A DNA stretch of 32,000 bases from Nonlabens ponticola (GCF_003966335.1 NZ_CP034549.1:1290001-1322000), one strand, 5' to 3'. Shown: positions 1 through 9,516, numbered from the stretch's first letter. Numbers and translations are program-made. The notes: generated from the letters alone by a model not told the origin.

Positions 1-663
1 GGTTCGTTCCCTATGGGAATGCTTGAAGATTGTAGGTATCCAGTCCAGGGTCATAAAATCCTTGAAGTAAACTCCATCAACATGCTGATTGACTTGGACA
101 AAATCTGGCTCACCATTAAAACAATAGAATTTATAATCAATCAAGTCATCCATGCCAGGTTGCACCAGTAGTTTTTCTATCAAAATACGACGCTCGATGT
201 TTTTGTAGGCCCATTCTAGACCGCGACGCATGTAGTAATCTTCTTTGAGATATTTTCTAAAGAAAGCATTGAATTCTTTGCGGTTTACTTTGCTTTTGTC
301 TAGAATAATCTTGTTGCGTCCTGCGCTGTGATTGACTTTGGCAACAAATTGATCTGGTAAGTCATCCCAATTAATATCTTCTGGGCGCTTATAGATACCG
401 TAAACTTCATTCAGGTAGGATTCACCTATCCTTGACTTAACAAACTCGCGCACCTTGACCTTATCAGCGAGTGTTGTGATCATGGGATCGTGCAAGTACA
501 TCTTCATCCACGTGATCTTTTCATTGATCAATTTAGGATCTTCAAGATCAAGCTCGTGGTTATTATAATACTTATAAAAAGCCTTATAAAAATGCTCTTT
601 GGACAACAGTGGTGCCCATCTCAAAAACTTAAACCATTTGCGTTGTAGCGTTGCTTTTATCAC
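1..663 (-). CDS. TupA-like ATP-grasp family protein (partial; C-terminus outside window)
   Basis: Reverse-strand ORF is open to the window edge and is absent from the ORF track because it is truncated. Translation from GTG at 663 reads VIKATLQRKWFKFLRW...NEKITWMKMYLHDP...FVAKVNHSAGRNKII...DYKFYCFNGEPDFVQV, which resembles TupA-like ATP-grasp amidoligases of polysaccharide loci. An in-frame stop lies upstream near 744-746 and there is no ATG before the GTG. Confidence 0.65.
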   Translation of the reverse strand, partial: MIKATLQRKWFKFLRWAPLLSKEHFYKAFYKYYNNHELDLEDPKLINEKITWMKMYLHDPMITTLADKVKVREFVKSRIGESYLNEVYGIYKRPEDINWDDLPDQFVAKVNHSAGRNKIILDKSKVNRKEFNAFFRKYLKEDYYMRRGLEWAYKNIERRILIEKLLVQPGMDDLIDYKFYCFNGEPDFVQVNQHVDGVYFKDFMTLDWIPTIFKHSHRERT

Positions 664-789
664 GTCTATCCTTTGATTTGAACAAAAATAGGCAATTGAA
701 AATTCTAGCCGTCGATGCTTTGTAAGGCGATACCACTTTAGCAGTTAAAACGGTAAATTTGCAGGCAATTCATTTAATGTTGTCGATGT

Positions 790-1548
790 ATGTCTATGGT
801 AGAGAGGTTTGAGAGTATTACGCTTTCGCGAAAGCGTGTTCACCACATTCTACAAAACTTCAAAAAATCGTCTCAACAACTGGGCGACGACCGTAACGCG
901 ATTAGGATAGTGGAAGATAAAGGCAAAAAACTCGTTGTAAAGTCATTCAAGATTCCAAATGCCGTCAACAAATTGGCCTACCGATTTTTAAGAGATAGCA
1001 AGGCAAAAAGATCCTATGAAAATGCAGTCTATCTACAGCAACATAATATAGGAACCCCAGCACCACTGGCTTATCTAGAGCGTGTCGATACGTTGTCTTT
1101 TAAAGATAGTTATTACATAAGCGAGTACGCTGAGCATGATTATACCTATAGAGAATTGATCAACGATAATACTATAGAAAATAAGGAAGAAGTCCTGAAA
1201 GCCTTTACAGCTTTCATGTTCAAGATGCATGAGGCGCATATTTATTTCCTGGATCATTCACCTGGCAACACGTTAATCAAAAAAGTAGGAGATAGCTATG
1301 AGTTTTTCCTGGTGGATCTCAACCGCATGAAATTCTATGATATACCCTATGAAGATCGATTGAAAAACTTTGAACGCCTGTCACCTAAAAAATGGATGTA
1401 CGACATCATGGGTGCAGAGTATGCTAGACTTTCAGGAAAGGATCCAGCTGAATCTATTGCTACTATGTGGTCTTATACACAGAAGTTTCAAGAGAAATAT
1501 CATCGCAAGAAGCGATTCAAAAAAAAGCTCAAGAGTATATTCTCGTAA
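790..1548 (+). CDS. Lipopolysaccharide kinase (Kdo/WaaP/InaA) family protein
   Basis: 252-aa ORF with a kinase-like core (KKLVVKSFK ... IYFLDHSPGNTLI ... FFLVDLNRM), typical of Kdo/LPS-core kinases. It sits among LPS glycosyltransferases. Confidence 0.7.
   Translation: MSMVERFESITLSRKRVHHILQNFKKSSQQLGDDRNAIRIVEDKGKKLVVKSFKIPNAVNKLAYRFLRDSKAKRSYENAVYLQQHNIGTPAPLAYLERVDTLSFKDSYYISEYAEHDYTYRELINDNTIENKEEVLKAFTAFMFKMHEAHIYFLDHSPGNTLIKKVGDSYEFFLVDLNRMKFYDIPYEDRLKNFERLSPKKWMYDIMGAEYARLSGKDPAESIATMWSYTQKFQEKYHRKKRFKKKLKSIFS
817..836. repeat. Iterated palindrome copy 1 (ATTACGCTTTCGCGAAAGCG), inside the LPS-kinase gene
   Basis: Exact 16-nt palindrome at 821-836. Read in frame as I-T-L-S-R-K-R. Confidence 0.95.
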
Positions 1549-2316
1549 TTACTTGAGATTACGCCTGTACAACCACAGCTTTACATAGCGCATAAAAATC
1601 ATGTAACCGCGCAGGTAAGCAATTACAAAACCTACAAAACCATCCAAGAATCCACGTTGTAAAAAATAGTGTTTGAAGAATCCGTAAGTGGGCTTTATAA
1701 GCATATGAAAGGCTGTGATCTTACCTGTTTTCTTATCATAATCCTGTGCCTGTAGGCTGGCATATCGTTGTAGTTTCACAATATGCTTATCAATGTCGTT
1801 ATACTTGTAATGCAAGAATTTTTGATTTAGCGACTCTACGCGGCCATCGGTCACAATCTCTGCATGCACGTGTAGATCTAGGTAGCGACATTTTGATTTT
1901 TTGAAGAATCTAATGACTTTATCATTCTTCCAGCCGCTGTACCGTACTTGTTTGCCCATGAAAAAGTTGCGACGTCCTATCCAGAATCCGGCTAGGTCAT
2001 CATCATTTTCTTCTTCAAGTTTTTTAATGATTTCTTCCTGCAATGCTGGCGTCACGCGCTCATCTGCATCGACAAGTAGGATCCATTCATATTTTGATTG
2101 GGGTATGGCCCAGTTTTTCTGGCTGGCACTGTGTTCATACTCTCTTTGAAGAACGACGTCTACATAAGGTTGAGCAAGTTCAACGGTCCTGTCAGTGCTA
2201 AAGCTATCTACCAGCATCACTTCATCACAAAAGGAAACACCCTTCAAGACCTCTATAATATTGTGCTCCTCATTGTAACATGGGATTAAGGCTGTGATTG
2301 GGTATTTCTTCATCAA
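1549..2316 (-). CDS. Glycosyltransferase family 2 (LPS core, WaaE/KdtX-like)
   Basis: N-terminus ITALIPCYNEEHNI ... LVDSFSTDRT ... LLVDADERV is the GT2 Rossmann/DXD signature. Its stop directly abuts the stop of the convergent kinase gene. Confidence 0.85.
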   Translation of the reverse strand: MMKKYPITALIPCYNEEHNIIEVLKGVSFCDEVMLVDSFSTDRTVELAQPYVDVVLQREYEHSASQKNWAIPQSKYEWILLVDADERVTPALQEEIIKKLEEENDDDLAGFWIGRRNFFMGKQVRYSGWKNDKVIRFFKKSKCRYLDLHVHAEIVTDGRVESLNQKFLHYKYNDIDKHIVKLQRYASLQAQDYDKKTGKITAFHMLIKPTYGFFKHYFLQRGFLDGFVGFVIAYLRGYMIFMRYVKLWLYRRNLK

Positions 2317-2399
2317 AATCTAGCGTGCTTTCTGACAAAAATAGGCTGTAGGTTGGAAATGATGCAGGTATTGTGGACTTTTATAAAAAATTGTCCAAA

Positions 2400-3230
2400 A
2401 TGCCCAGAAAGCCTATCATCTCGTTGATTTTGAGTACTTATAATTCACTAGAATGGCTCAAAAAGACCTTATGGAGTTATGAGCATCAAATCTTTAGAGA
2501 GTTTGAGATCATCATTGCGGACGATGGTTCGGGAAATGAGACGATAGACTTTATTAAAGAGTACACTAGTCAAAGCGACCGTGTCATTAAACATGTGTGG
2601 CATGAGGATGATGGTTTTCAAAAAAGTAAAATTTTAAATAAAGCCATACTCGCCTGCGCAGCAGATTATGTGGTGATGAGTGATGGTGATTGTATCGCTA
2701 GAGAAGATTTTCTACAGATACATTATGAACGCAGAGAGCCAGGTTATTTTTTATCGGGCGGTTATTATAAATTACCACTAGAGTTGTCACAACTCATTAC
2801 CAAGGAGGACATTCTTACACAACGATGCTTTGACCTAGACTGGCTTCATTCTAAAGGTTTACCTGAGAGTTTTAAGAACAAAAAGCTATCAAGTGGTTTT
2901 GTGGAAGCAAGTGTTATGGAAGCAATAACGCCAACAAACGCTAGCTGGAATGGACATAATAGTAGTGGTTGGTTAAAAGACATCATCAAGGTAAATGGGT
3001 TTGATGAGCGCATGCAATATGGCGGTCAAGATCGTGAACTAGGCGAGCGACTTTACAACATCAAGATCAAGTCAAAGCAAATTAGATATAGTGCTGTTTG
3101 CTTGCATCTGGATCATTCTAGAGGATACAAAAACGAGGAAACGCTCAAGAAAAATAAAGCAATACGCAAGGCAACTCGCAAGGAGAAAAGACAATTTACT
3201 CCTCATGGAATTAACAAAGAAGTATCTTAA
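2400..3230 (+). CDS. Glycosyltransferase family 2
   Basis: MPRKPIISLILSTYNSLEWL ... IIIADDGS ... SDGDCI are GT2 motifs. The track ORF starts at GTG 2373. I prefer ATG 2400 because GT2 proteins normally begin a few residues before the (I/L)xxTYN strand. Confidence 0.8.
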   Translation: MPRKPIISLILSTYNSLEWLKKTLWSYEHQIFREFEIIIADDGSGNETIDFIKEYTSQSDRVIKHVWHEDDGFQKSKILNKAILACAADYVVMSDGDCIAREDFLQIHYERREPGYFLSGGYYKLPLELSQLITKEDILTQRCFDLDWLHSKGLPESFKNKKLSSGFVEASVMEAITPTNASWNGHNSSGWLKDIIKVNGFDERMQYGGQDRELGERLYNIKIKSKQIRYSAVCLHLDHSRGYKNEETLKKNKAIRKATRKEKRQFTPHGINKEVS

Positions 3231-4291
3231 TAATGATACTGTATGAATTGATCTAAGGATTTGATGATCAATCCAGCATCAAAATTTTGATACATTTCTA
3301 GACTGTTTGACTTGAATGCGGCTGGTTTTTTATCACCGTACAATTCTGGTTTCAAATCTTTGAGGTGGACTGATAGGTGTTGCTCACCATCTTCTGAAAT
3401 GTTCCATGCCTCTTGTGGTACCCATGGACTGTAGATAGAGAAACTAGGGATATCAAGTGCTTTGGCCATGTTTATGGCGCCACCTTCATTACCTATGATT
3501 GCTGTGCAGTTTGCCAACACTTTTAAGAAGTCTCGCAAGCTGGCTGTAAAATCATCTATTAAAATATGTTCACGAGTTTGTGGTTTGCACAGATGGTAGA
3601 TGGCAAACGCATCATCTTTTTGTGAAGGAATGTAGTTAAAGAAAATCTGTGTGTTGGTTTTCTCAACTAGATGATTTAACAATTGTGCCATGGTCGCAAA
3701 TGGCAAGGTTTTGACCTCACTGGATCCCAAAACGCTTATCATCGTAATCGATTTGTCTAGCTGCGCGCCACTTTGTTCTAACCACTGCTTCCCAGATTCT
3801 ACCTCGGTTTCAGTGAGATGTATGCGTGGCTTTACACTGTAGTCGATATCATCAGTAATTGGTTCCAGCAATCGCAAACGACTGCCTATGGCCCAACCAC
3901 TAGGGAACTGTTGCTTATCTGCCTGGTCACTTACCTTTTCTTGATAGGCAAGAAAACCAAACCATTTATCATATCCTATTTTGTGCTCTGCCTTGAGTAG
4001 TGAGCAAAGAAAGCCACTGTTATTTTTGCTATAAGCATCAAATATGTGCGTGTATTTATTGTTATTCAGCTTTCGCGAAAGCGTAATTATTCCAGCCAAA
4101 CTGCTAAATTCCTGTGGCTTGACAAGTATCAAATTGTCAATCGCTGGATGCCCTTGAACTACAGGAACAGCGTTGTGCACAATCAAGTAATCGACAATCG
4201 CATTAGGATTAGATCTTTTCAACTCGTCTGCAACCACGGTGCTGGTGAGCACGTCGCCTAGCATCTTATATTGAATAAGCAGAACGCGCAC
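3227..4291 (-). CDS. Glycosyltransferase family 9 (LPS heptosyltransferase-like)
   Basis: N-terminal RVLLIQYKMLGDVLTST and C-terminal IGNEGGAINMAKAL are GT9 hallmarks. The GTG start at 4291 overlaps the dapD stop by 1 nt. The stop overlaps the convergent GT2 stop (TTAA at 3227-3230). Confidence 0.8.
   Translation of the reverse strand: MRVLLIQYKMLGDVLTSTVVADELKRSNPNAIVDYLIVHNAVPVVQGHPAIDNLILVKPQEFSSLAGIITLSRKLNNNKYTHIFDAYSKNNSGFLCSLLKAEHKIGYDKWFGFLAYQEKVSDQADKQQFPSGWAIGSRLRLLEPITDDIDYSVKPRIHLTETEVESGKQWLEQSGAQLDKSITMISVLGSSEVKTLPFATMAQLLNHLVEKTNTQIFFNYIPSQKDDAFAIYHLCKPQTREHILIDDFTASLRDFLKVLANCTAIIGNEGGAINMAKALDIPSFSIYSPWVPQEAWNISEDGEQHLSVHLKDLKPELYGDKKPAAFKSNSLEMYQNFDAGLIIKSLDQFIQYHY
4069..4087. 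repeat. Iterated palindrome copy 2 (GCTTTCGCGAAAGCGTAAT), inside the GT9 gene
   Basis: Exact 14-nt core at 4069-4082. On the coding (minus) strand it reads I-T-L-S-R-K-L. Confidence 0.95.
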
Positions 4292-5106
4292 TAGACGGCT
4301 ACATCATATTCTCTCAAGGCATCGTTGAGTGAGGTTTTCTTATTAGTGCTTTCCTTGCGCGTTCCTATAATGAGCGCGCATGGTACGTTGTAGGTTCCGG
4401 CTGAGAATTCCTTGGCATAACTACCGGGAATAACTACCGATCGTGCAGGTACAACTCCTTTCATTTCTTTTGGCTTATCGCCGGTGACGTCAATAATTTT
4501 GGTACTTGCTGTTAGGACGACATTAGCACCTAGAACGGCTTCTTTCTCTACGCGTACACCTTCTACCACGATGCATCTAGAACCTATAAAAGCGTTGTCC
4601 TCAATGATTACCGGCGCAGCTTGTAGTGGCTCAAGAACACCACCTATACCAACGCCACCACTTAAGTGAACATTTGCACCTATTTGCGCACAACTACCTA
4701 CGGTTGCCCAAGTATCTACCATGGTACCTTCAGAAATATGAGCGCCTATGTTGACATAACTAGGCATCATGATCACACCTTTTGAAATATAAGCACCGTG
4801 TCTCGCCACAGCGTGCGGTACAACGCGTATCCCTTTTTCTTTATAACCAGTCTTGAGTGGTATTTTATCGTGAAATTCTAATGGGCCACATTCAATGGTC
4901 TCCATTTTCTGGATTGGGAAGTAGAGCACCACGGCTTTCTTGACCCATTCATTGACTTGCCATGAACCTTCAATAGGTTCTGCAACGCGCAGTTCACCTA
5001 GATCAAGTAAATTGACAACACTGCGTATAGCATTTTGAGTTACTGGATTTTCTAACATGGAGCGGTCGTCCCATGCGTTTTCTATGACATTCTTAAGTTG
5101 TTCCAA
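4291..5106 (-). CDS. dapD: 2,3,4,5-tetrahydropyridine-2,6-dicarboxylate N-succinyltransferase
   Basis: Near-colinear similarity to E. coli DapD over long blocks (MPSYVNIGA...EGTMVDTWATVGSCAQIG.NVHLSGGVGIGGVLEPLQA.P.IIEDN.FIG). Confidence 0.93.
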   Translation of the reverse strand: MEQLKNVIENAWDDRSMLENPVTQNAIRSVVNLLDLGELRVAEPIEGSWQVNEWVKKAVVLYFPIQKMETIECGPLEFHDKIPLKTGYKEKGIRVVPHAVARHGAYISKGVIMMPSYVNIGAHISEGTMVDTWATVGSCAQIGANVHLSGGVGIGGVLEPLQAAPVIIEDNAFIGSRCIVVEGVRVEKEAVLGANVVLTASTKIIDVTGDKPKEMKGVVPARSVVIPGSYAKEFSAGTYNVPCALIIGTRKESTNKKTSLNDALREYDVAV

Positions 5107-5245
5107 AGCGTGGTTGTTTTATATCCCAAAGATAAAGCACCGGTAGTTATTTTTGCTTGACTTCACAGTACGGTGTGGATCGATTTGCATGACTGCCTTA
5201 ACTTGAGATACTAGTGTTTGCAGCTGTTTTACCGCTTTAAATACC

Positions 5246-5253
5246 TATTTTTG
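5246..5253 (+). promoter_or_regulatory. Bacteroidota -7 promoter box TAnnTTTG (TATTTTTG) upstream of ruvX
   Basis: Exact match to the TAnnTTTG consensus, 8 nt before the ruvX ATG at 5262. Confidence 0.4.
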
Positions 5254-5261
5254 CAGCGATT

Positions 5262-5681
5262 ATGGGACGTATACTAGCTATAGATTACGGTAAAAAGCGC
5301 ACGGGCATCGCGGTGACTGATCCACTGCAAATGATTGCTAGCGCCCTATGCACCGTAAAGACCTATGAACTCAAGAAATTTCTAGAAGATTACCTTAATC
5401 AAGAAGAGGTTGAAGCCATTGTGATAGGTGAGCCCAAACAAATGGATTATACCGATAGTGAATTGGGTGGTGTGATTAATGCTTTTGCTGGCGAGCTCAA
5501 GGAAAAATATCCGCAGTTGAGTATTGAGCGCGTAGATGAGCGTTTCACTTCAAAAATGGCATTCCAGTCCATGATTGATAGTGGTATGAAAAAGAAACAA
5601 CGTCGCGATAAAGGCATGGTTGATCAAATTGCCGCTGCTATTATCTTGCAAACCTATCTGGATAAAAAACAACGACATTAA
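5262..5681 (+). CDS. ruvX: Holliday junction resolvase-like protein RuvX (YqgF)
   Basis: MGRILAIDYGKKRTGIAVTD ... VDERFTS ... DQIAAAIILQTYL is the YqgF/RuvX signature. Confidence 0.9.
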   Translation: MGRILAIDYGKKRTGIAVTDPLQMIASALCTVKTYELKKFLEDYLNQEEVEAIVIGEPKQMDYTDSELGGVINAFAGELKEKYPQLSIERVDERFTSKMAFQSMIDSGMKKKQRRDKGMVDQIAAAIILQTYLDKKQRH

Positions 5682-5692
5682 AAAGTGAGAAT

Positions 5693-6283
5693 ATGATTTT
5701 ACCTATTGTGGCATACGGCGATCCTGTCTTGAGAAAAGAAACAGTAGAGATCGATGCAGATTATCCCAAGTTACAGGACTTTATTGCCAACATGTGGGAA
5801 ACGATGGAAAATGCCAGTGGTGTAGGTCTTGCCGCACCGCAAGTGGGCGTTGCAGTACGTGTATTTGTAGTAGATACCGCACCATTTAGTGATGATCCCA
5901 ATTTATCTTCAGAGGAGCAAAAAGAACTGGCTGCCTTTAGAAAAGTATTTGTCAATGCACAAATTGAGGATGAATCTGGTGATGAGTGGATTTTTAATGA
6001 AGGTTGTTTGAGTATTCCCAATGTGCGTGAAGATGTCTCAAGGCAGGAAAATGTCACTATCACTTACTATGATGAGGAGTTTAAAAAACATACAGAGACT
6101 TATGATGGACTTATCGCACGTGTTATCCAACATGAGTACGATCATATAGAAGGAATTTTATTTACTGATAAAATCTCCAGCCTTAAAAAGCGTTTGATTA
6201 AAAATAAACTGAATAATATTTCCAAAGGAAAGACTAGCGTTGACTATCGCATGCGTTTTCCTGATGTGAAAGGCCGCAGATAA
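5693..6283 (+). CDS. def: Peptide deformylase
   Basis: All three deformylase motifs are present: GVGLAAPQ, EGCLSIP, HEYDHIEG. Confidence 0.95.
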   Translation: MILPIVAYGDPVLRKETVEIDADYPKLQDFIANMWETMENASGVGLAAPQVGVAVRVFVVDTAPFSDDPNLSSEEQKELAAFRKVFVNAQIEDESGDEWIFNEGCLSIPNVREDVSRQENVTITYYDEEFKKHTETYDGLIARVIQHEYDHIEGILFTDKISSLKKRLIKNKLNNISKGKTSVDYRMRFPDVKGRR

Positions 6284-6294
6284 CTTGTGTTTTA

Positions 6295-6302
6295 TATATT
6301 TG
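6295..6302 (+). promoter_or_regulatory. Bacteroidota -7 promoter box (TATATTTG)
   Basis: Exact TAnnTTTG match 22 nt upstream of the ATG at 6325. Confidence 0.4.
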
Positions 6303-6324
6303 CGCCGCTTAAAAAAAGAACTTC

Positions 6325-6735
6325 ATGAGTCTAGATAATATTTTATCGATCACTGGTAAACCAGGTTTATATCAATTGAAAAATAAAGCCCGCAGTGGTT
6401 TTGTAGTTCAGTCTATCGTGGACAATAAGACCTCGATTGTAGGTATGAACCACAATGTGAGCGTTCTCAAGGATATCTCGATCTACACTTATGATGCAGA
6501 GATGCCATTAAAAGATGTTTTCAATAAAATGGCAGCCAAAGAAGATCAAGGCCCAGCGATCAATCATAAAAGCAGTAAGGAAGAATTGTCTGCCTACTTC
6601 AATGAAGTGCTTCCAGAATATGATGAGGATCGTGTTTATCCCAGTGATATTAAGAAAGTAGTGCAGTGGTACAACATCTTACAAAAGAATGATTTACTGC
6701 CTAGTGAAGAAGACGCTGCAAGTGAGGAAGAATAA
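6325..6735 (+). CDS. Conserved hypothetical protein (DUF5606-like)
   Basis: 136-aa ORF (ILSITGKPGLYQLKNKARSGFVVQS...) of the type commonly found just downstream of def in Bacteroidota. It has an acidic C-tail and no known function. Confidence 0.6.
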   Translation: MSLDNILSITGKPGLYQLKNKARSGFVVQSIVDNKTSIVGMNHNVSVLKDISIYTYDAEMPLKDVFNKMAAKEDQGPAINHKSSKEELSAYFNEVLPEYDEDRVYPSDIKKVVQWYNILQKNDLLPSEEDAASEEE

Positions 6736-6757
6736 TTCCTGCAGCTACTCAATAATA

Positions 6758-6794
6758 AAAGAGCTTCTACTGTGGTAGAGGCTCTTTTGTTTTT
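6758..6794 (+). terminator. Rho-independent terminator
   Basis: 13-bp stem (AAAGAGCTTCTAC / GTAGAGGCTCTTT, one G-U), TGTG loop, then a T-rich run. Lies 23 nt after the stop at 6735. Confidence 0.75.
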
Positions 6795-6796
6795 CA

Positions 6797-6831
6797 GCTT
6801 TCCTGCCTGTCCGGCAGGCAGGCGCGAAAGC
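6797..6831. repeat. Split copy of the GCTTTCGCGAAAGC palindrome carrying a nested GC-rich hairpin
   Basis: GCTTTC (6797-6802) + 21-nt insert CTGCCTGTCCGGCAGGCAGGC (6803-6823) + GCGAAAGC (6824-6831). The inner 8-bp stem is CCTGCCTG/CAGGCAGG. Located between convergent genes. Confidence 0.85.
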
Positions 6832-6844
6832 TAACGCACGACCA

Positions 6845-7555
6845 TCATTTCTTAAAAAACGGAATGCGGTACTGTATTCCATACGTGTAACCAACGCCTA
6901 TCTCGTTAGTATCAAAAGTTCTCCCAAATCCTGGCACAAAAAGATTATCAAATCCATCAGGTTGATCTTCATTGACCAGTCTTTTAAGCTGCACGTTTGC
7001 CACCATGTATAAGTTGTCAATCAATTCTACCTTGACGCCAACTTGCAGTTCTATCCAGAACGCAGTAAGGTTGTTAAATTCCTGCTGCGCTTCAATGCTG
7101 TCAATAGGGAAATAATTATTATCCTGATTGATGTCAAATCGATCCAGCTGCTGCGAGAATGTGCTAAAACCTGTCCTAAAACCTGCGTAGATCATGTTAT
7201 CCATGTTTACCCAGTTGCGATAGAGATTAAAGTCTGCACCAGCTTTAATAAATGATCCATCGGTTTCAAAATCAACAGCAGCACTGGTGCGATCTATACT
7301 TTCAGTACCTATCTCACCGGCAACATACCAACGATCTGTAAGTCTATAATCGGCTAATAGTTGGAAACCTGTGTAATCATCATCCAGAGCCGTTCGCAAT
7401 GGTGAGGCAATGTCGAGTCCTATTCTCAAGCCATAGGTAACGATGTTATAAGTGGAATCTTGTGGGACTTCAAGTGCCTCTTGAGGTTGCTGTTGCTGCG
7501 CATGACTAAAGCTACACAGTATCATGAAAAGTAGGCTAATGGCGTATCTCAACAT
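6845..7555 (-). CDS. Outer-membrane beta-barrel protein (DUF6048-like), signal peptide
   Basis: Signal peptide MLRYAISLLFMILCSFSHAQ, alternating beta-strand pattern, C-terminal aromatic-rich strand (YGIQYRIPFF). The start overlaps the upstream gene by 20 nt. Confidence 0.65.
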   Translation of the reverse strand: MLRYAISLLFMILCSFSHAQQQQPQEALEVPQDSTYNIVTYGLRIGLDIASPLRTALDDDYTGFQLLADYRLTDRWYVAGEIGTESIDRTSAAVDFETDGSFIKAGADFNLYRNWVNMDNMIYAGFRTGFSTFSQQLDRFDINQDNNYFPIDSIEAQQEFNNLTAFWIELQVGVKVELIDNLYMVANVQLKRLVNEDQPDGFDNLFVPGFGRTFDTNEIGVGYTYGIQYRIPFFKK

Positions 7556-8045
7556 GAATATCTTGATTGTCGTTAATTTCAGTTTCTAACACGATGATGC
7601 TATCAATCCATGGATCGTCTGCATTAGGCTGTAAAGTTGTTATGAGATTTTCATAAACGCTTTTAAAGCCGCAGGCGCGTGAAATATATTCTTGATCTAC
7701 CTCATATTCAAACGCTACATCATCAAAACTGTCCACTTGATTTAGAGACTGTATAAAAGTAAAGTCTGTCAATCCTTGATCGCTGCGCAAGGGTAGCGCA
7801 ATAGAGTCCACCTGTGTCAAACTAGTGGCGCCATCGCGATTAAGCGGAGCAAATTCATCGCGATCTACCTCATTCACTCTGAGACTGGCTACATCCTTAC
7901 GCTCACTGGGATTGAGCCTATCGGTAAAAATGACAATCATTCTGGGTGTGGTGTCATCTTCTGGAATACACAGGTCGTCACGCTCACAAGATGAGGTCGA
8001 TAGACCAATCAAAGCTATAAAAATGATTATGATACGATTATTCAT
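7536..8045 (-). CDS. Lipoprotein of unknown function (DUF6452-like)
   Basis: Lipoprotein-type leader IIFIALIGLSTSSC. The 8-nt start overlap with the upstream gene and 20-nt overlap with the downstream gene imply co-translation. Confidence 0.6.
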   Translation of the reverse strand: MNNRIIIIFIALIGLSTSSCERDDLCIPEDDTTPRMIVIFTDRLNPSERKDVASLRVNEVDRDEFAPLNRDGATSLTQVDSIALPLRSDQGLTDFTFIQSLNQVDSFDDVAFEYEVDQEYISRACGFKSVYENLITTLQPNADDPWIDSIIVLETEINDNQDIHVEIRH

Positions 8046-9516
8046 TGATAAGTTGCTCTAGGATTGTTCTTGTAGGCCCGTAGCTGGGACGATGAATATA
8101 GTCAGATTTTACGATCTCACCATCTTTATTGATTATCGTGTATGTTGGGAAACCTTCAATATTCAAGGCCTGCTGCATCCATACAGATTGTTCATCTTCT
8201 AGAAAATAGTGTACACCTTTAATCTCATATTGCGCGATGCTGGGTAAATACGTTTCTTTTCTGCTATTATGACATAGGTAAACAAAGTACACTTGATCTT
8301 GATAATCTGCATGCAGCTTTTTAGACGCATCTTTAAATTCCTGAATGCACGGCTGGCACCAGGTAGCCCAGTTATCTATGTAAATAACCTTACCATTTGC
8401 AGCCCTGATAAGATCATCAAGAAATGCGCTGGACGATTCGGCATTAAATTCTTCTATAATAGCCTCTTCTGGAAGTGCTGGATCTTCTAGTAATTTTTTG
8501 AGTTCATCATATCTATCAGCCAATTCCTCATAGAGCTGTTTTTCTTCAATAAAATCTTGAAGCTGCTCACGAGTATCTTCAAAGACCTTGAGGTCTTGAT
8601 CATCAAAGCTGCGCATGATTAATTTATGGGCGACATAGGAGTGAAGCAGTCGCCTGTCCTCATTGCTCAAAATAAGTTTAACTGCTTTGATGTCGTTTTG
8701 AGTTTTGTCAAATATGGGTTCTTCGGATCCTTGTACGGCCGCCCGCATAGGATAATGGTACGACAAATTGTAAATGAGCCTCGATACTAGATTTGTGTTG
8801 ACCAGATCATCATTTTCCAGCTCAGGAATATCAGCGACGAAATCAAAAAATGAATCGTCAGGATCTGGAGCTGGATAACCTCTATAATTTCTATAATTGA
8901 CATAATCGATGAGCGTTGCTGCTGCAAAGTACTTTTCTTCGGCGCTGGTGTATTTTTCAAAAAGCGGTGTGGTTTCCAACTCATTAAACTGCTTATTGTA
9001 CATGGCGACTGGTCGCTGATCTAACAAATATTGTTTAAGGTCCTGTGAGCCATTTTCTAGCTCAAGGTCATAGAACTCGTCAATGCCCAGAGACATTTCC
9101 TCGCGATAAGCTTTCAATAAACGATTCTCTTTAGAACGATCACCTTTAAATTCAATGCTGTTGGAATATTCTACTGGATTTATGTGATCCACAAAATTGA
9201 TATGAATGGAGTCGCCTGGAACGGCTATGATTGGCATGACATTATATGCGGTAATCATTACTTCTTGAGGCTGTTTGATGTCAACGATTGCTTTAAAAGA
9301 GCCATCAGTTTTTACCTTGATATCTTCTACCTGCATGCTTGCCGTAGTGTAATCATAAAACCGCAAGCTCACAGCATTTCCTGCGGTGCTATCAGTTACC
9401 GTGATCTTACCAGCAATAATTGTTTCTGCGTCAACGTCATACTCGATGGATTGATCTTCCACGCAAGATGAAAGCAGCAATACAAAACCTACAAGCAACA
9501 TTATTATTCTATTCAT
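8038..9516 (-). CDS. TlpA/ResA-family thiol-disulfide oxidoreductase lipoprotein with long N-terminal extension
   Basis: Leader LLVGFVLLLSSC. C-terminal thioredoxin fold with WATWCQPC (CxxC) and ...GFPTYTIINKDGEIV. About 370 aa of N-terminal region is uncharacterised. Confidence 0.8.
   Translation of the reverse strand: MNRIIMLLVGFVLLLSSCVEDQSIEYDVDAETIIAGKITVTDSTAGNAVSLRFYDYTTASMQVEDIKVKTDGSFKAIVDIKQPQEVMITAYNVMPIIAVPGDSIHINFVDHINPVEYSNSIEFKGDRSKENRLLKAYREEMSLGIDEFYDLELENGSQDLKQYLLDQRPVAMYNKQFNELETTPLFEKYTSAEEKYFAAATLIDYVNYRNYRGYPAPDPDDSFFDFVADIPELENDDLVNTNLVSRLIYNLSYHYPMRAAVQGSEEPIFDKTQNDIKAVKLILSNEDRRLLHSYVAHKLIMRSFDDQDLKVFEDTREQLQDFIEEKQLYEELADRYDELKKLLEDPALPEEAIIEEFNAESSSAFLDDLIRAANGKVIYIDNWATWCQPCIQEFKDASKKLHADYQDQVYFVYLCHNSRKETYLPSIAQYEIKGVHYFLEDEQSVWMQQALNIEGFPTYTIINKDGEIVKSDYIHRPSYGPTRTILEQLINE

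Noticed and set aside
5107-5261. A possible lysine riboswitch upstream of dapD (minus strand) in the dapD-ruvX divergent spacer.
   Set aside because: The spacer is only 155 bp and is shared with the ruvX promoter. I could not find the conserved lysine-riboswitch helices or core motifs by eye. A cmsearch would settle it.
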